The notes: generated from the letters alone by a model not told the origin. Counted from the first letter of the stretch, positions 9,983-21,814 are shown. The stretch: 64,000 nt of DNA from an uncultured cyanobacterium (GCA_963740315.1 CAVUDP010000002.1:2240001-2304000); one strand, 5' to 3'. Numbers and translations: made by a program.

Positions 9983-10161
9983 TACAGTTAGCGATCGCAA
10001 ACATTGGGTTTAAGTGTCTTACTTAAAAAAGTTAAAAGCTTTTGCAAGCTGTAATACGTGATTTGTCATAACCCCCTATATATTAAGAAGTAGGGGGAAT
10101 TTTTTTTGCTTTTAATCTCCCCATCCCCCCATCCCCCCATCCCCTTGTCCCCCCATCCCCC

Positions 10162-10524
10162 ATGCGCGTACTCAAAAAAGGAAACGGTTGGCGTATCGGC
10201 TTTAATCCAGCAGCACGGGATTTTAAAGGCTTACTGGGTACAGATGATTGGGCTGTAGAACTTACGGAAGCTGAGTTTAATGATTTTTGTCGGCTGTTGA
10301 TGCAGCTTGCAGACACCATGCAACAAATGGCAAACGAGTTGATGGATGAAGAAAAAATTGCCTGCGAAGCTGAAAGTAATTTGCTGTGGATGGAAGTAGA
10401 AGGCTATCCCCATGCCTACAGTTTGCGTTTTATCCTTAATAATGGACGTTGCGTAGAAGGTAAATGGGATTGTGCCGCCGTTTCCGAATTAATCCAAGCC
10501 GCAGCCATGCTCAAGGTATTTTGA
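10162..10524 (+). CDS. DUF1818-type cyanobacterial protein
   Basis: 'G.GWRIG', 'LLG..DWAVELT..E', 'ELMDEE.I' and 'R.VEG.W' motifs; sits next to rpoZ. Confidence 0.8.
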   Translation: MRVLKKGNGWRIGFNPAARDFKGLLGTDDWAVELTEAEFNDFCRLLMQLADTMQQMANELMDEEKIACEAESNLLWMEVEGYPHAYSLRFILNNGRCVEGKWDCAAVSELIQAAAMLKVF

Positions 10525-10655
10525 ATTAATTTGAATTAAATAGTTGTGACGCTGCAATTTTGTGTTAATATACTAAAGTTAAAACCCCAGGATTTAAGAT
10601 TTTCGCAAAAGAAAACTCAAAATCCATTTTTTAAAGTTAGATAAAGTCCGATTTA

Positions 10656-10729
10656 CGGGGCGTAGCGCAGCTTGGTAGCGTGCCACTTTGGGGTAGTGGA
10701 GGTCGTGGGTTCAAATCCCGCCGCTCCGA
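10656..10729 (+). tRNA. tRNA-Pro(GGG)
   Basis: Cloverleaf: acceptor CGGGGCG/CGCTCCG, anticodon arm CCACT-TTGGGGT-AGTGG, T-loop TTCAAAT; no encoded CCA. Confidence 0.95.
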
Positions 10730-10946
10730 TTTGATTGAAAGACCATATATATCAATGGTTTTATGGAATTTCTATAACTGGTGTGTACTTTACTAAGATC
10801 GCTCCAATAAGTTGTAGTTGCATAGAAACCTTGATATTAGAGCCTAATATTACATAATTTTTGATGGGTTCGTTTTTTCGGTAAATGTCGGGAGACGTAG
10901 CACACAATAGTCTCTACAATCAATCAAAATTAATCACATGAACTAG

Positions 10947-11181
10947 TAGTAGTCCTTTTCATTAGTTTTGGCGGGTAATAAAGGTTCGTAGTAAGGGCTT
11001 TAGCCCTCTTCTCCGGAGGCGAGTACAGCGCTTACTACAAACCTGTCAAATTTAATGCAAAAGACCACTACTAGTCTGTCCCATTAGTTTTAAAGGGTTC
11101 GTAGTAAGGGCTTTAGCCCCAAATCCGGAGGCGCTAAAGCCCTTACTACGAACCTGTCAAATTTAATGCAAAAGACCACTA
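10947..11181. mobile_element. Two tandem MITE-like elements (TAGT..TC....CATTAGTTTT...CAAATTTAATGCAAAAGACCACTA)
   Basis: Imperfect ~24-bp TIRs around an internal GTAGTAAGGGC...GC(C/G)CTTACTAC palindrome; further copies at 34906-35030 and 50012-50165. Confidence 0.7.
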
Positions 11182-11405
11182 CCTTGCATACATTAAATAA
11201 AAAATCAAGTATTAAACAACCGCTACAAAATCTCAAAAAGTAATGTTTATTTAATAATTTTTTAACTATTATCTATCTCTTTAGTTATAAACTATTCCTG
11301 CTTTTTTATGAATTGTTTGCTATTTACTGTTTATTCAGAACTGTTTGCTGTTTACTAATTACTGACTGTTAAACGCTAATTGAAAATCATCAATATTGTG
11401 ACTAA

Positions 11406-12488
<1,083 letters not shown>

Positions 12489-12611
12489 AAAGGTTAAAGG
12501 TCAAAGGTTAAGAGTTAGGAGTTGGGAGTGAAGAGTTAAGAGTTAGAAATTAAGAATTTTCTACCCCATCTTCCCCCTCTCCCCCCTCTTCCCCATCTCC
12601 CTCTAAATCTC

Positions 12612-14042
12612 ATGCGTAAAACCAAAATTATCTGCACGGTAGGACCTGCTACATCTACACCGGAGACTCTAAAAGCTTTGGTTGATGCGGGAATGAATGT
12701 AGCAAGATTAAATTTTTCCCACGGGGATTATCAATTTCACGGTAAAACTATTGAAATTCTCAGAAGTATACCGACTCCTCCAGAAAAACCCCTGGCTTTG
12801 ATGCAGGATTTATGCGGACCAAAAATCCGTTTGGGTATGCTTCCAGATGAAGGTTTGATGGTGAATGAGGGGGAAGAAGTTACTTTTGTCGAGCAAGAAC
12901 AAGGTAATAATATTGATGAATTGCCTTTACCCCAACCACTTTTATTTGCAATGGTAAGGGTTGGCGAACCGATCGCCATAAATGATGGTCGCATCAAGTT
13001 GACTGTTATCGATCGAGATGCGGATAAAATTCGCGCAAAAGTCAAAATTGGCGGAATGCTTTCTTCTCGTAAAGGTGTAAATTTACCTCAAACTCATCTC
13101 CCGGTTAGTTCGATTACTGAAAAAGATTTATTAGATTTACGTTTCGGTATTCAAAATAATGTCGATTTAGTCGCAGTTTCCTTCGTGCGTTCCCCCCAGG
13201 ATTTGGAACCAGCACGGCGAGCGATCGCAGCCGCTGATAAAAAAATTCGCATTATTGCCAAAATCGAAAGACGCGAAGCTGTAGAAAACTTCGATGATAT
13301 TTTAAAAGTCGTTGACGGGATTATGGTAGCCCGTGGCGATTTGGGTGTAGAAGTACCCTTAGAACAAGTTCCGCTGATTCAAAAAGATATTATTCGTCGC
13401 TGCAACCAAGCTGGTAAACCCGTAATTACCGCTACCCAGATGCTGGAATCAATGATATATGCTTCCGATCCCACAAGAGCAGAAGTAACAGATGTTGCTA
13501 ACTCTATCCTTGATGGTACGGATGCGATTATGCTTTCCGGAGAAACAGCAGTGGGAAAATATCCGATCGCCGCAGTAGAGATGATGGACAAAATTGCTGT
13601 AGAAACAGAAAAATCGCTACCCGACGGCACCCAGCAAACTTTCGGTTATCAACCCGGTAGTCTGAGCGTTACCGAATCAGTTGCAGAAGCAGTATGTCGC
13701 ATGGCTTACGAAGTCGGAGCAAAGGCAATATTATGTCACACATCATCGGGAGGTACGGCAAAACTAGTTTCTAAATATCGTCCTACAACTAGGATTATTG
13801 CTCTGACATCCGAAGAAATTTCCTACCGTCAGCTAGCCCTTTCCTGGGGAGTCGAACCCTTAATTATCTCTCCAGCTTCTGAAACAGAAGAAATGTTGAT
13901 CGAACTTATTAACACCGTTGTCGAAATGGGAGTTGCTGAAGTTGGCGATAAAGTTGTAATCACATCCGGTATACCCGTAGGTAAACCGGGAACCACAAGT
14001 TTAATCAAAGTGCATACTATTGGTGAAGCGATTTCGGCGTAA
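12612..14042 (+). CDS. pyk: Pyruvate kinase
   Basis: 'RKTKIICTVGPA', 'RLNFSHG', 'MVARGDLGVE', 'TATQMLESM', 'MLSGETA'. Confidence 0.97.
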   Translation: MRKTKIICTVGPATSTPETLKALVDAGMNVARLNFSHGDYQFHGKTIEILRSIPTPPEKPLALMQDLCGPKIRLGMLPDEGLMVNEGEEVTFVEQEQGNNIDELPLPQPLLFAMVRVGEPIAINDGRIKLTVIDRDADKIRAKVKIGGMLSSRKGVNLPQTHLPVSSITEKDLLDLRFGIQNNVDLVAVSFVRSPQDLEPARRAIAAADKKIRIIAKIERREAVENFDDILKVVDGIMVARGDLGVEVPLEQVPLIQKDIIRRCNQAGKPVITATQMLESMIYASDPTRAEVTDVANSILDGTDAIMLSGETAVGKYPIAAVEMMDKIAVETEKSLPDGTQQTFGYQPGSLSVTESVAEAVCRMAYEVGAKAILCHTSSGGTAKLVSKYRPTTRIIALTSEEISYRQLALSWGVEPLIISPASETEEMLIELINTVVEMGVAEVGDKVVITSGIPVGKPGTTSLIKVHTIGEAISA

Positions 14043-14176
14043 TGAGGTAGAGGGGGAAGAGGGGGTAGAAGGGGGAGAGGGGGTAGTTAGGAATTAAGAA
14101 TTATGAATTAAAAAGTTATAACTATCTACCCTTAACCTTTGACCTTTAACCTTTGACCTTTGACCTGTTGTAAATC

Positions 14177-14872
14177 ATGACCAAACTTATTTTAATTCGT
14201 CACGGACAAAGTACTTGGAATGCTGCGAATCGTTTTAGTGGTTGGGTTGATGTTCCTTTAAATAAAAGGGGACGTGTGGAAGCAACTTTGGCGGCTCATA
14301 AGTTAAAAAATTATCAAGTTGATGTTTGTTTTACCAGCTTGTTAGTTCGCGCTATTGAAACAGCAGTTATCTGTTTAACTGAAAATGAAGAAATTTGTAA
14401 CGGTAAAACTCCGGTGATAAAACATGACTTAGATGAATTTCAGTGGCACGGTTGGGATAAATATGAAGGAGAAGCTTCTGAAGAATTGCCCATATTTACC
14501 AACATGGCGCTGGATGAAAGGTTCTACGGCGACTTACAAGGTTTAAATAAAGCCGAAACAGCCGAAAAATTAGGTAAAGAACTAGTGCATCAATGGCGGC
14601 GATCGTTTTCAATGCGTCCACCAGGGGGTGAGAGTTTGTCAGATACCATGAATAGAACCGTACCATTTTTTAAAGAGCGTATTTTAACTCATCTCAAAAA
14701 TGGCGATCGCACTTTAGTAGCCGCTCACGGTAATTCTTTGCGTTCAATTATCATGGAATTGGATAAGCTAGAACCAGAAGAAGTCCCCCATCTAGAATTA
14801 GCAACCGGACAACCGATAGTTTACGATGTAGATGAATCGGGTAACGTCTCGAATAAATTAATATTAAAGTAG
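14177..14872 (+). CDS. gpmA: 2,3-BPG-dependent phosphoglycerate mutase
   Basis: 'RHGQS.WN..NRFSGW.DV.L', 'ERFYGDLQGLNK', 'AAHGNSLR'. Confidence 0.93.
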   Translation: MTKLILIRHGQSTWNAANRFSGWVDVPLNKRGRVEATLAAHKLKNYQVDVCFTSLLVRAIETAVICLTENEEICNGKTPVIKHDLDEFQWHGWDKYEGEASEELPIFTNMALDERFYGDLQGLNKAETAEKLGKELVHQWRRSFSMRPPGGESLSDTMNRTVPFFKERILTHLKNGDRTLVAAHGNSLRSIIMELDKLEPEEVPHLELATGQPIVYDVDESGNVSNKLILK

Positions 14873-15068
14873 TTAAAGGTTAAAGGTTAAAGGTTAAAGG
14901 TCAAAGGTTAAAGGTCAAAGGTTAAAGGTTAAAGGTCAAAGGTTAAAGGTCTGTATGTTAATAGTCGCGATCGATAAAATCATAACTCTCCTTGTCTCCC
15001 CATCTCCCCATCCCCCCATCTCCTTGTCTCCCCATCCCCTTGTCTCCCCCCTCTCCCCCTCTCCTCCC
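14873..15068. repeat. STRR arrays (AAAGGTT/C 7-mer; CCCCATCT/CCTTGTCT 8-mers)
   Basis: Directly visible tandem units. Confidence 0.85.
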
Positions 15069-15310
15069 AATTCCAGCAAAACGGTATAAATTCTTAATAA
15101 CAATTTAATCAAAGTGCATATAATCCGACAGTCAATATTAGGAATTCCTAAATAGAATAGGATTTGTTGCATAAGAAGGAATCTTTAATCGGTAATTAGG
15201 AATAGTTAATCAAACAAATGTATTAATTACCGATTAGTAAATTTTGCAAGTAATAGCAGTATTAAACGAAAAGCGTCAATCCTCGACACATCAATTTAAT
15301 GGAGTAGGTT

Positions 15311-16312
15311 ATGTCCAAAAATTTATTAGAACAATTGCGATCGATGACTGTTGTGGTAGCCGATACGGGCGATATCCAACAAATTGAGAAGTACAAGCCC
15401 CAAGATGCTACTACTAATCCTTCTTTGATTACTACAGTGGCTCAAATGCCGGAATATCAAAAAGTCGTTGACGATACTTTAGCTCAAGCGCAGAAGGATG
15501 CTGGTGCGAATGCAAGCTCAACTGATATCACCAGACTGGCTTTTGAACGCTTGGCTGTGGCTTTTGGTTTGACAATTCTCAAAATCATCCCCGGTAGAGT
15601 TTCCACAGAAGTAGATGCCCGTCTTTCTTACGACACCGAAGCTACACTTGACGTTGCACGGGGAATTATTAAGCTGTACGAAGCTGCTGGAGTTTCTCGC
15701 GATCGCGTTTTAATCAAAATTGCTTCTACCTGGCAAGGTATCAAGGCTGCGGAAATTCTTGAGAAAGAAGGCATTCACTGTAATCTGACATTATTGTTCG
15801 GTATCCATCAAGCAATTGCTTGTGCGGAAGCTGGTGTTACCTTAATTTCTCCTTTTGTAGGACGCATTCTCGACTGGTACAAGAAAGATACCGGCAAAGA
15901 TAGCTATCCTGCTCCAGAAGATCCAGGTGTTTTGTCCGTTACCGAGATTTACAACTACTACAAAAAGTTTGGCTACAAAACCGAAGTTATGGGAGCTAGC
16001 TTCCGTAATTTAGGCGAAATAACCGAACTCGCTGGTTGTGACTTGTTAACCATTGCTCCTAAGTTCTTAGCTGAATTGCAAAACAGTACGGATGAATTAC
16101 CCCGTAAACTTGATGCAAATAAAGCTGCGAAAATGGATATTAAGAAAATCTCGATGGACAAAGCTACCTTCGAGAAAATGCACGCAGAAGATAAAATGGC
16201 TTCTGACAAGTTAGATGAAGGAATCAAAGGTTTTTCCAAAGCATTGGAAGACCTCGAAAAGTTGTTAACCGAAAGATTAGCTAACCTTAATGAGGAAGCT
16301 AAGGCTGCTTAA
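15311..16312 (+). CDS. tal: Transaldolase
   Basis: 'VVADTGD', 'DATTNPSLI', 'IKIASTWQG', 'ISPFVGRI', 'MGASFRN'. Confidence 0.97.
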   Translation: MSKNLLEQLRSMTVVVADTGDIQQIEKYKPQDATTNPSLITTVAQMPEYQKVVDDTLAQAQKDAGANASSTDITRLAFERLAVAFGLTILKIIPGRVSTEVDARLSYDTEATLDVARGIIKLYEAAGVSRDRVLIKIASTWQGIKAAEILEKEGIHCNLTLLFGIHQAIACAEAGVTLISPFVGRILDWYKKDTGKDSYPAPEDPGVLSVTEIYNYYKKFGYKTEVMGASFRNLGEITELAGCDLLTIAPKFLAELQNSTDELPRKLDANKAAKMDIKKISMDKATFEKMHAEDKMASDKLDEGIKGFSKALEDLEKLLTERLANLNEEAKAA

Positions 16313-16629
16313 AACTAGTAACATTTAATTGAATGTAGAGACGTTGCATTGCAACGTCTCTATTTTTATATAGCTTAAAAAATCGACAGATAAGGATGTC
16401 CACCCCACAAGATATGAAGAGAATTTTTCAAAAATACAGCATATTTCATCAAAGTAAGGTAGATTCGGACGGGCAGGGATGCCCATCCCACAAGAGTTTT
16501 GTAATTGATGACTGTACCTCATTCATCTGCAAACTGCTGTATTAGGACATTATTAAAAAGCTTCAAATTGACTACTAAATATATATAAGCCATAATTGCG
16601 ATCGAATTTATTAAATTTATCAAATTATT

Positions 16630-16905
16630 ATGAGTATTTGGGAATTTATTGGTGACACTACCAATGCTAGTAGAGGTTTTGTTAAAGAACTCTACGAGGA
16701 GTTAGAATATTCTATCCGCGAAGAATTAAAACATTCTCATAGAGAACAATCGCATTTAAAAAATGAAATTAATAAACTCAAAGCTGAAAACGACAAGCTT
16801 AAATTAGTTGTGACGAAGATTTTAACAAAGTCTGTAGAAAAAGGTGTTTTTGCTCAAGAAGAAATAGAATCCTTATGTAAGGATATTGGTGCTGAAAATT
16901 GTTAA
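16630..16905 (+). CDS. Small hypothetical coiled-coil protein
   Basis: 91-aa ORF with heptad-rich segment; no recognised family. Confidence 0.6.
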   Translation: MSIWEFIGDTTNASRGFVKELYEELEYSIREELKHSHREQSHLKNEINKLKAENDKLKLVVTKILTKSVEKGVFAQEEIESLCKDIGAENC

Positions 16906-17131
16906 ATAGATAATTAAGATCGTGGAGAAGTATTACCAAAAGATATACTTGAGCAACTTCAGCGAGCAAGAAAATCTCAACCATCTGAACGGTCAAAAAT
17001 CAAGTATTCCCGTATACAAAAAAATATGCCAAAAGTAACATTTTATATCACAAAAAACATTACTTTTGACAGCACATTAAAAGTACAAAATGTTACACTT
17101 TATATATGTAACAAGTAACCTAATCGTCTAC

Positions 17132-17165
17132 GAGTCTCGCTCTGCCAAAGCAAGGCTCTTTTTTT
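17132..17165 (+). terminator. Rho-independent terminator-like hairpin
   Basis: GAGTCTCGCT-loop-AGCAAGGCTC followed by a T run. Confidence 0.5.
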
Positions 17166-17565
17166 ATTTAGCAAATTTAATAGAACCTTCTCGATCGATC
17201 AATTACCAATCGTAAGTTCTGAAGATAAATACTTAATTACTTTAATCTTTTTCCTCTATTAAAGTCAATAAATCTTCAGGGATATTTTGATTTTGTGTTT
17301 TATAATACTTTTTGCGTAGAAATTTGATGTATCTAATCATTTCTATCAGAAAGCAGGTTTCTTCGCGTTCATGAATAACCTGACGATCGCTAAAAAAGAA
17401 CTTGCGGTTTCCGATAAATTCATTTTTTATGATATTAAAAATTGCTTTACCTGCGATCGATAATAATTATTGAAGAAAATAAATTAATTTTCAACAATCG
17501 ATTGTCCCGACGATCGATAAACTAGAAAATTATAGCTGAGATATAAAGGTGAAAAAGTTAAAAAA

Positions 17566-18774
17566 ATGAAAATACTTGTACTAAATGCAGGTTCAAGCAG
17601 TCAAAAAAGTTGTTTGTACGAGATGACGGGTGATATGCCTTCTTCACCACCCGCACCCATATGGGAAGGAAAAGTAGATTGGAGCCATCATCAAGGTGTA
17701 GCGGAAATTAAGGTGGAAACAGCCACGGGGGAAAAATTAACCGAAGAAATCGCTACAGATTCCCAATCGCAAGTAATGGCTCGTTTGCTTAATACGATGA
17801 CGGAAGGTTCTACTAAAGTCATTAATCAACTTTCGGAAATTGATCTAGTAGGACATCGAGTCGTACATGGCGGGAAAAATTACAGACAAAGCGTCGTAAT
17901 TACTCAAGAGGTAAAAGATGCGATCGCCAATCTTGCAAGTCTTGCTCCAGCACATAATCCCGTTAATTTAGCAGGAATTGAAGCGGTAGAAAATATTTTA
18001 GGAGATGTTAAGCAAGTTGCAGTTTTTGATACCGCGTTTCATCGCAACATACCCGATGCTGCGGCGATTTATCCCGGTCCCTATGAGTGGCTAGAACAAG
18101 ATATTATTCGTTATGGGTTTCACGGTATCAGCCATCAATACTGTGCCCAACGTGCTGCCGATCTTCTCGGCAAAGATTTGCAGTCTTTACGTTTGATTAA
18201 TTGTCATTTAGGAAACGGTTGTTCTTTAGCGGCAATTAAAAACGGTTGCAGTGTAGACACAACTATGGGGTTCACCCCTCTTGACGGATTAATGATGGGT
18301 ACTCGTTCCGGTAGCATCGATCCTGGAATTTTAATTTACCTATTAAGACAAGGTAATTATACCGTCGAACAGTTAGATAATGTTTTAAATAATGCTTCAG
18401 GTTTAAGCGGTATATCTGGAATATCAAGCGATATGCGGCAAATAAAAGCAGCAATTTCTCAAGGTAGCGATCGCGCCCAATTAGCCTTTGATATCTACGT
18501 GCATCGTCTGCGTTCCTCTATTGGAGCCATGCTAAGTAGTTTGCAAGGGTTAGATGCTTTAATATTTACCGCTGGCGTTGGCGAAAACACCCCCGAAATT
18601 CGTCAAGCTGCTTGCGAAGCCTTTGAATTTATAGGAATAAAAATTGATTCTAGTAAAAATACTAATAAACCCGTGGATGAAGATATTGCTCAAACCGATT
18701 CAACTGTAAGGGTATTAGTTATACATACTCAAGAAGATTGGCAAATAGCTCGTGAATGCTACAAATTGGCATAA
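17566..18774 (+). CDS. ackA: Acetate kinase
   Basis: 'LVLNAGSSSQK', 'GHRVVHGG', 'VFDTAFH', 'YGFHGISH', 'HLGNG', 'FTAGVGEN'. Confidence 0.97.
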   Translation: MKILVLNAGSSSQKSCLYEMTGDMPSSPPAPIWEGKVDWSHHQGVAEIKVETATGEKLTEEIATDSQSQVMARLLNTMTEGSTKVINQLSEIDLVGHRVVHGGKNYRQSVVITQEVKDAIANLASLAPAHNPVNLAGIEAVENILGDVKQVAVFDTAFHRNIPDAAAIYPGPYEWLEQDIIRYGFHGISHQYCAQRAADLLGKDLQSLRLINCHLGNGCSLAAIKNGCSVDTTMGFTPLDGLMMGTRSGSIDPGILIYLLRQGNYTVEQLDNVLNNASGLSGISGISSDMRQIKAAISQGSDRAQLAFDIYVHRLRSSIGAMLSSLQGLDALIFTAGVGENTPEIRQAACEAFEFIGIKIDSSKNTNKPVDEDIAQTDSTVRVLVIHTQEDWQIARECYKLA

Positions 18775-18916
18775 AAGGCATGGGGTAATAAGAGTTAGGA
18801 GTTAAGGGCTGTACAAAAGATTTCGATATGCAAACATACAATTATTGATATTTCCATTCATCCTATTTATTTATAACTCCTAATTCCTCACTCTCATCTC
18901 CTAATGCCCTATTCCC

Positions 18917-18954
18917 AAAAACAAATGCCCGCCACTATTAATAGGGCGAGCATT
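18917..18954 (-). terminator. Terminator hairpin for the 20323-18987 operon
   Basis: AATGCCCGCC...GGCGAGCATT stem with a T-rich tail on the minus strand. Confidence 0.5.
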
Positions 18955-18986
18955 GTTGAATCAAACATACTACATTGAGCTTTTGA

Positions 18987-20078
18987 TTAGGATGCCGTTT
19001 TAGCATCTACACTATCTAAATCCCAGGTGTAATAACCCAGTTTATTCGGAACTCTAGCAAATCTACCGATGCGATAACCTCGGGAAAGTTCGCCTAGCAC
19101 CATGCTCCTAATCTTCATGTCTCTAATTTCTTCATCATCAAGCGCTCCATAAATCTGTTCGATGATTTCACTCACAGAATAGATTTTTCCCACATTTTCT
19201 TCCAAAAATAAGGAAATCGCATCAATGAGAAACTGACCTTCGTACTGGGGCAGCATTGGTATTTTTTTTGTCTTCTGAGGTACCAATGGCTTCCTGGTTT
19301 TAGGTTTTGATTTTTTAGATTTAGTTCTGCTACCAGGTGGTACCACTAAACTCAAATCTAAGGTGTAGCAACCAGGTTCGTCGGGAACCGATTCCCAGTA
19401 CATTTGTTCTTTGCCGTGGGTAAGCGAAGAATGGACTCTACCTTTGACGACTTTAAATGCAGTTGACTCTAAGTCTCCATAAAGCGATCGCACTACGAAG
19501 TCGATATGACATACTTTGCCTTTATTGCTTTCTAAAAGCTGTTTTATGGCTTCTATTCGGGAAATATGCCGAAATTCGGGCAACATTGCGATGTCGGAGC
19601 CGCTTTTCGGATTATATTTTTCCTTGGCTGATGTCGTTTCTTTGAGGGTAGAAGATTCGTCTTCATCAACATCGTCTTCTAAAGTATCCTCTTCGACTAA
19701 GACGTTTTCGTTCGGCTCGTCATTCGATTCGAGTTCAGATTCGACTTCATCAAATTCAACTAGATTGGTATTTTCATTACTACTACCATTAAGTTGAGAT
19801 TTAACCGCTTCTCTAGATAGATCCGAAGATGCTTGCGCGATCGCTGTCACATCAAGTATGTCTAGATCGGGTAAGGCTTTACTACTAATTGAAGCGTGAG
19901 AATTAGATAGCAACGCTTCAACGTGAGCAAGTTGAACTCTGGCGGTAGTGACTCTTAGCTCGTACTCTTGTACTAACCGACCATAATACTCTCTTAAACC
20001 TAATAGTGATTCAAGTAAAGCTTGTGGCGGTGTTTCTATATTTTGCTGCGACTCTGGTTTCATAGCGTCCTGATTCAA
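18987..20078 (-). CDS. Hypothetical protein: N-terminal coiled coil, acidic linker, two tandem ~80-aa repeats (possible winged-helix domains)
   Basis: Internal duplication 'MLP.(F/Y)....I(E/D)AI...LE.N.GK.......YG.L ... VP...G.YT.DL' visible twice. Confidence 0.75.
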   Translation of the reverse strand: MNQDAMKPESQQNIETPPQALLESLLGLREYYGRLVQEYELRVTTARVQLAHVEALLSNSHASISSKALPDLDILDVTAIAQASSDLSREAVKSQLNGSSNENTNLVEFDEVESELESNDEPNENVLVEEDTLEDDVDEDESSTLKETTSAKEKYNPKSGSDIAMLPEFRHISRIEAIKQLLESNKGKVCHIDFVVRSLYGDLESTAFKVVKGRVHSSLTHGKEQMYWESVPDEPGCYTLDLSLVVPPGSRTKSKKSKPKTRKPLVPQKTKKIPMLPQYEGQFLIDAISLFLEENVGKIYSVSEIIEQIYGALDDEEIRDMKIRSMVLGELSRGYRIGRFARVPNKLGYYTWDLDSVDAKTAS

Positions 20079-20323
20079 CTAACTTCAGCCTCTCCTTTAT
20101 ATTTCATTGCTCTTGGTTTTGCTTTAGAGGATCTAGAGTTTGTTTTCCTAAAAGACGGTTGAGGCGGACGACATTTTTCGCAATAAAGCGGGCGAGGTCC
20201 GAAAGTTTCCCGATCTGTAGGCTTGTTGCACTCTTTACATACAAATGAAAATACTCTTGTATGAATTTCGCGCTTGTGCGCTCTAACTGTGTATTCCCGA
20301 ACGTTAATTGTCTTACTTGCCAT
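20075..20323 (-). CDS. Small basic CxxC...CxxC zinc-finger-like protein
   Basis: CKEC and CEKC pairs; Lys/Arg-rich; ATGA overlap with the downstream gene. Confidence 0.75.
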   Translation of the reverse strand: MASKTINVREYTVRAHKREIHTRVFSFVCKECNKPTDRETFGPRPLYCEKCRPPQPSFRKTNSRSSKAKPRAMKYKGEAEVS

Positions 20324-20753
20324 GATTACAAATTTTGAAATCTTGTCCTAATATAGTCATTCCAACAACAGGATGTGCTTACATCGCCTCTTACTATTTT
20401 CGTACAGCGCCACATACCTTGATGTTTCTATTCGCCGTTTTGGTTATCCGGGAAAGATAGTAGTGGATGCACTTGTCTATTTTCTACAAAACTACATATG
20501 ACTAAAGTAGCCATAATAGCTTTTTAGAGATTTGTACCGGAGAAGCGAGGTAATAGTAGCTCGCAAGTAACAATGTAAGAGACTAATTGGGAACGGTAGA
20601 GCGAAAAAGCAATGATTCAATTTACTCTGTAGTTCCCATATTTAGTCAGACAAAACAGAAAACTACAATAAGCCAAGAATCCCAAACTGTTACTTTTACA
20701 AACTATGAGGGAACTATGAGGTAGTAATACAATACCTTTTAGTTATCCCCGCA

Positions 20754-21539
20754 ATGTTCGCCCTATCTCGTCAAGCCATTACCTCGTCAAGTGTAGCCTG
20801 TTTATGCTTATTCGCAGTTAGTTTGTTACAATTCCCGCGAATGCAAAAATTGCTCTCGGATAAACCGACTACTTCCGTAGAAGCCTTGGAAAGAGAAATT
20901 AAAGCCGAAGAAGTCCGTCTGAAATTCCTCAAAAAAATTCCTACATTTGGCTATGATAACTTAATTGCAAATTGGATTTATCTTAATTTTCTGCAATATT
21001 TTGGAGATGATCAAATTCGTGACTTATCCGGTTATGGTTTAAGCCCGCAATTTTTCGAGGTAATTCTAGAGCGCGATCCTCGGTTTGTAAATGCTTATCT
21101 AGCACTTTCTACAAGTGGTTCTATGTATGCTGGTATGCCCGAAAAGTCTGTAAAGATTATGGATAAAGGGTTAAAGTCCCTTAGCCCTTGGGTTCCTAAA
21201 GATTCTTACTATATATGGCGTTACAAAGCAGTTGATGAGTTACTATTTCTAGGAGATACTTCTGCTGCAAGGAAATCTTTTACAAATGCTTCTCAATGGG
21301 CAAGCGTTCATTCAGATCCAGAAAGTCAGCAAGTCGCAACTATTTCCGCACAAACCGCAGAATTCCTTACTAAAAATCGTTCCAGCAAATACGCTCAAAT
21401 TTCTGCTTGGGGCATGGTATTAAGTCATGGAGCCGACAAAAAAACTTATCAAAAAGCCATCCGGGAAATTGAAGCTTTAGGTGGAAAAGTTATTTCTACC
21501 CCCCAAGGTAATAAAATTAAATTTCCTCAGAAAGACTAA
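20754..21539 (+). CDS. Hypothetical membrane-anchored TPR-like protein (family often found beside pilin genes)
   Basis: N-terminal hydrophobic segment; 'FGYDNLIANW..L.FLQYFG', 'DPRF..AY', helical repeats. Confidence 0.65.
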   Translation: MFALSRQAITSSSVACLCLFAVSLLQFPRMQKLLSDKPTTSVEALEREIKAEEVRLKFLKKIPTFGYDNLIANWIYLNFLQYFGDDQIRDLSGYGLSPQFFEVILERDPRFVNAYLALSTSGSMYAGMPEKSVKIMDKGLKSLSPWVPKDSYYIWRYKAVDELLFLGDTSAARKSFTNASQWASVHSDPESQQVATISAQTAEFLTKNRSSKYAQISAWGMVLSHGADKKTYQKAIREIEALGGKVISTPQGNKIKFPQKD

Positions 21540-21814
21540 ATTTAGTTAGGAGTGGTTAAAGGTTAAAGGTCTGCATGTCAATTAAGGTAAGAAATAATTT
21601 TTTACTTTTAACTCTTAATTCCGGCGATCTTAACTTTCTCCTCCTCCTGCTTCTTAACTGATAACTGGTAACTGATAATAATAATATTATTTTTGCGTAA
21701 TAAAGAAAAAATATTTTGCTTAGTAGGAAACAAAAACTTGTCAAAATGTTAAGTTTTGTAAAAATGAGGGATTAAATACTAGAAAGAATATTTCTAGATA
21801 GTTAAACTACAAAA

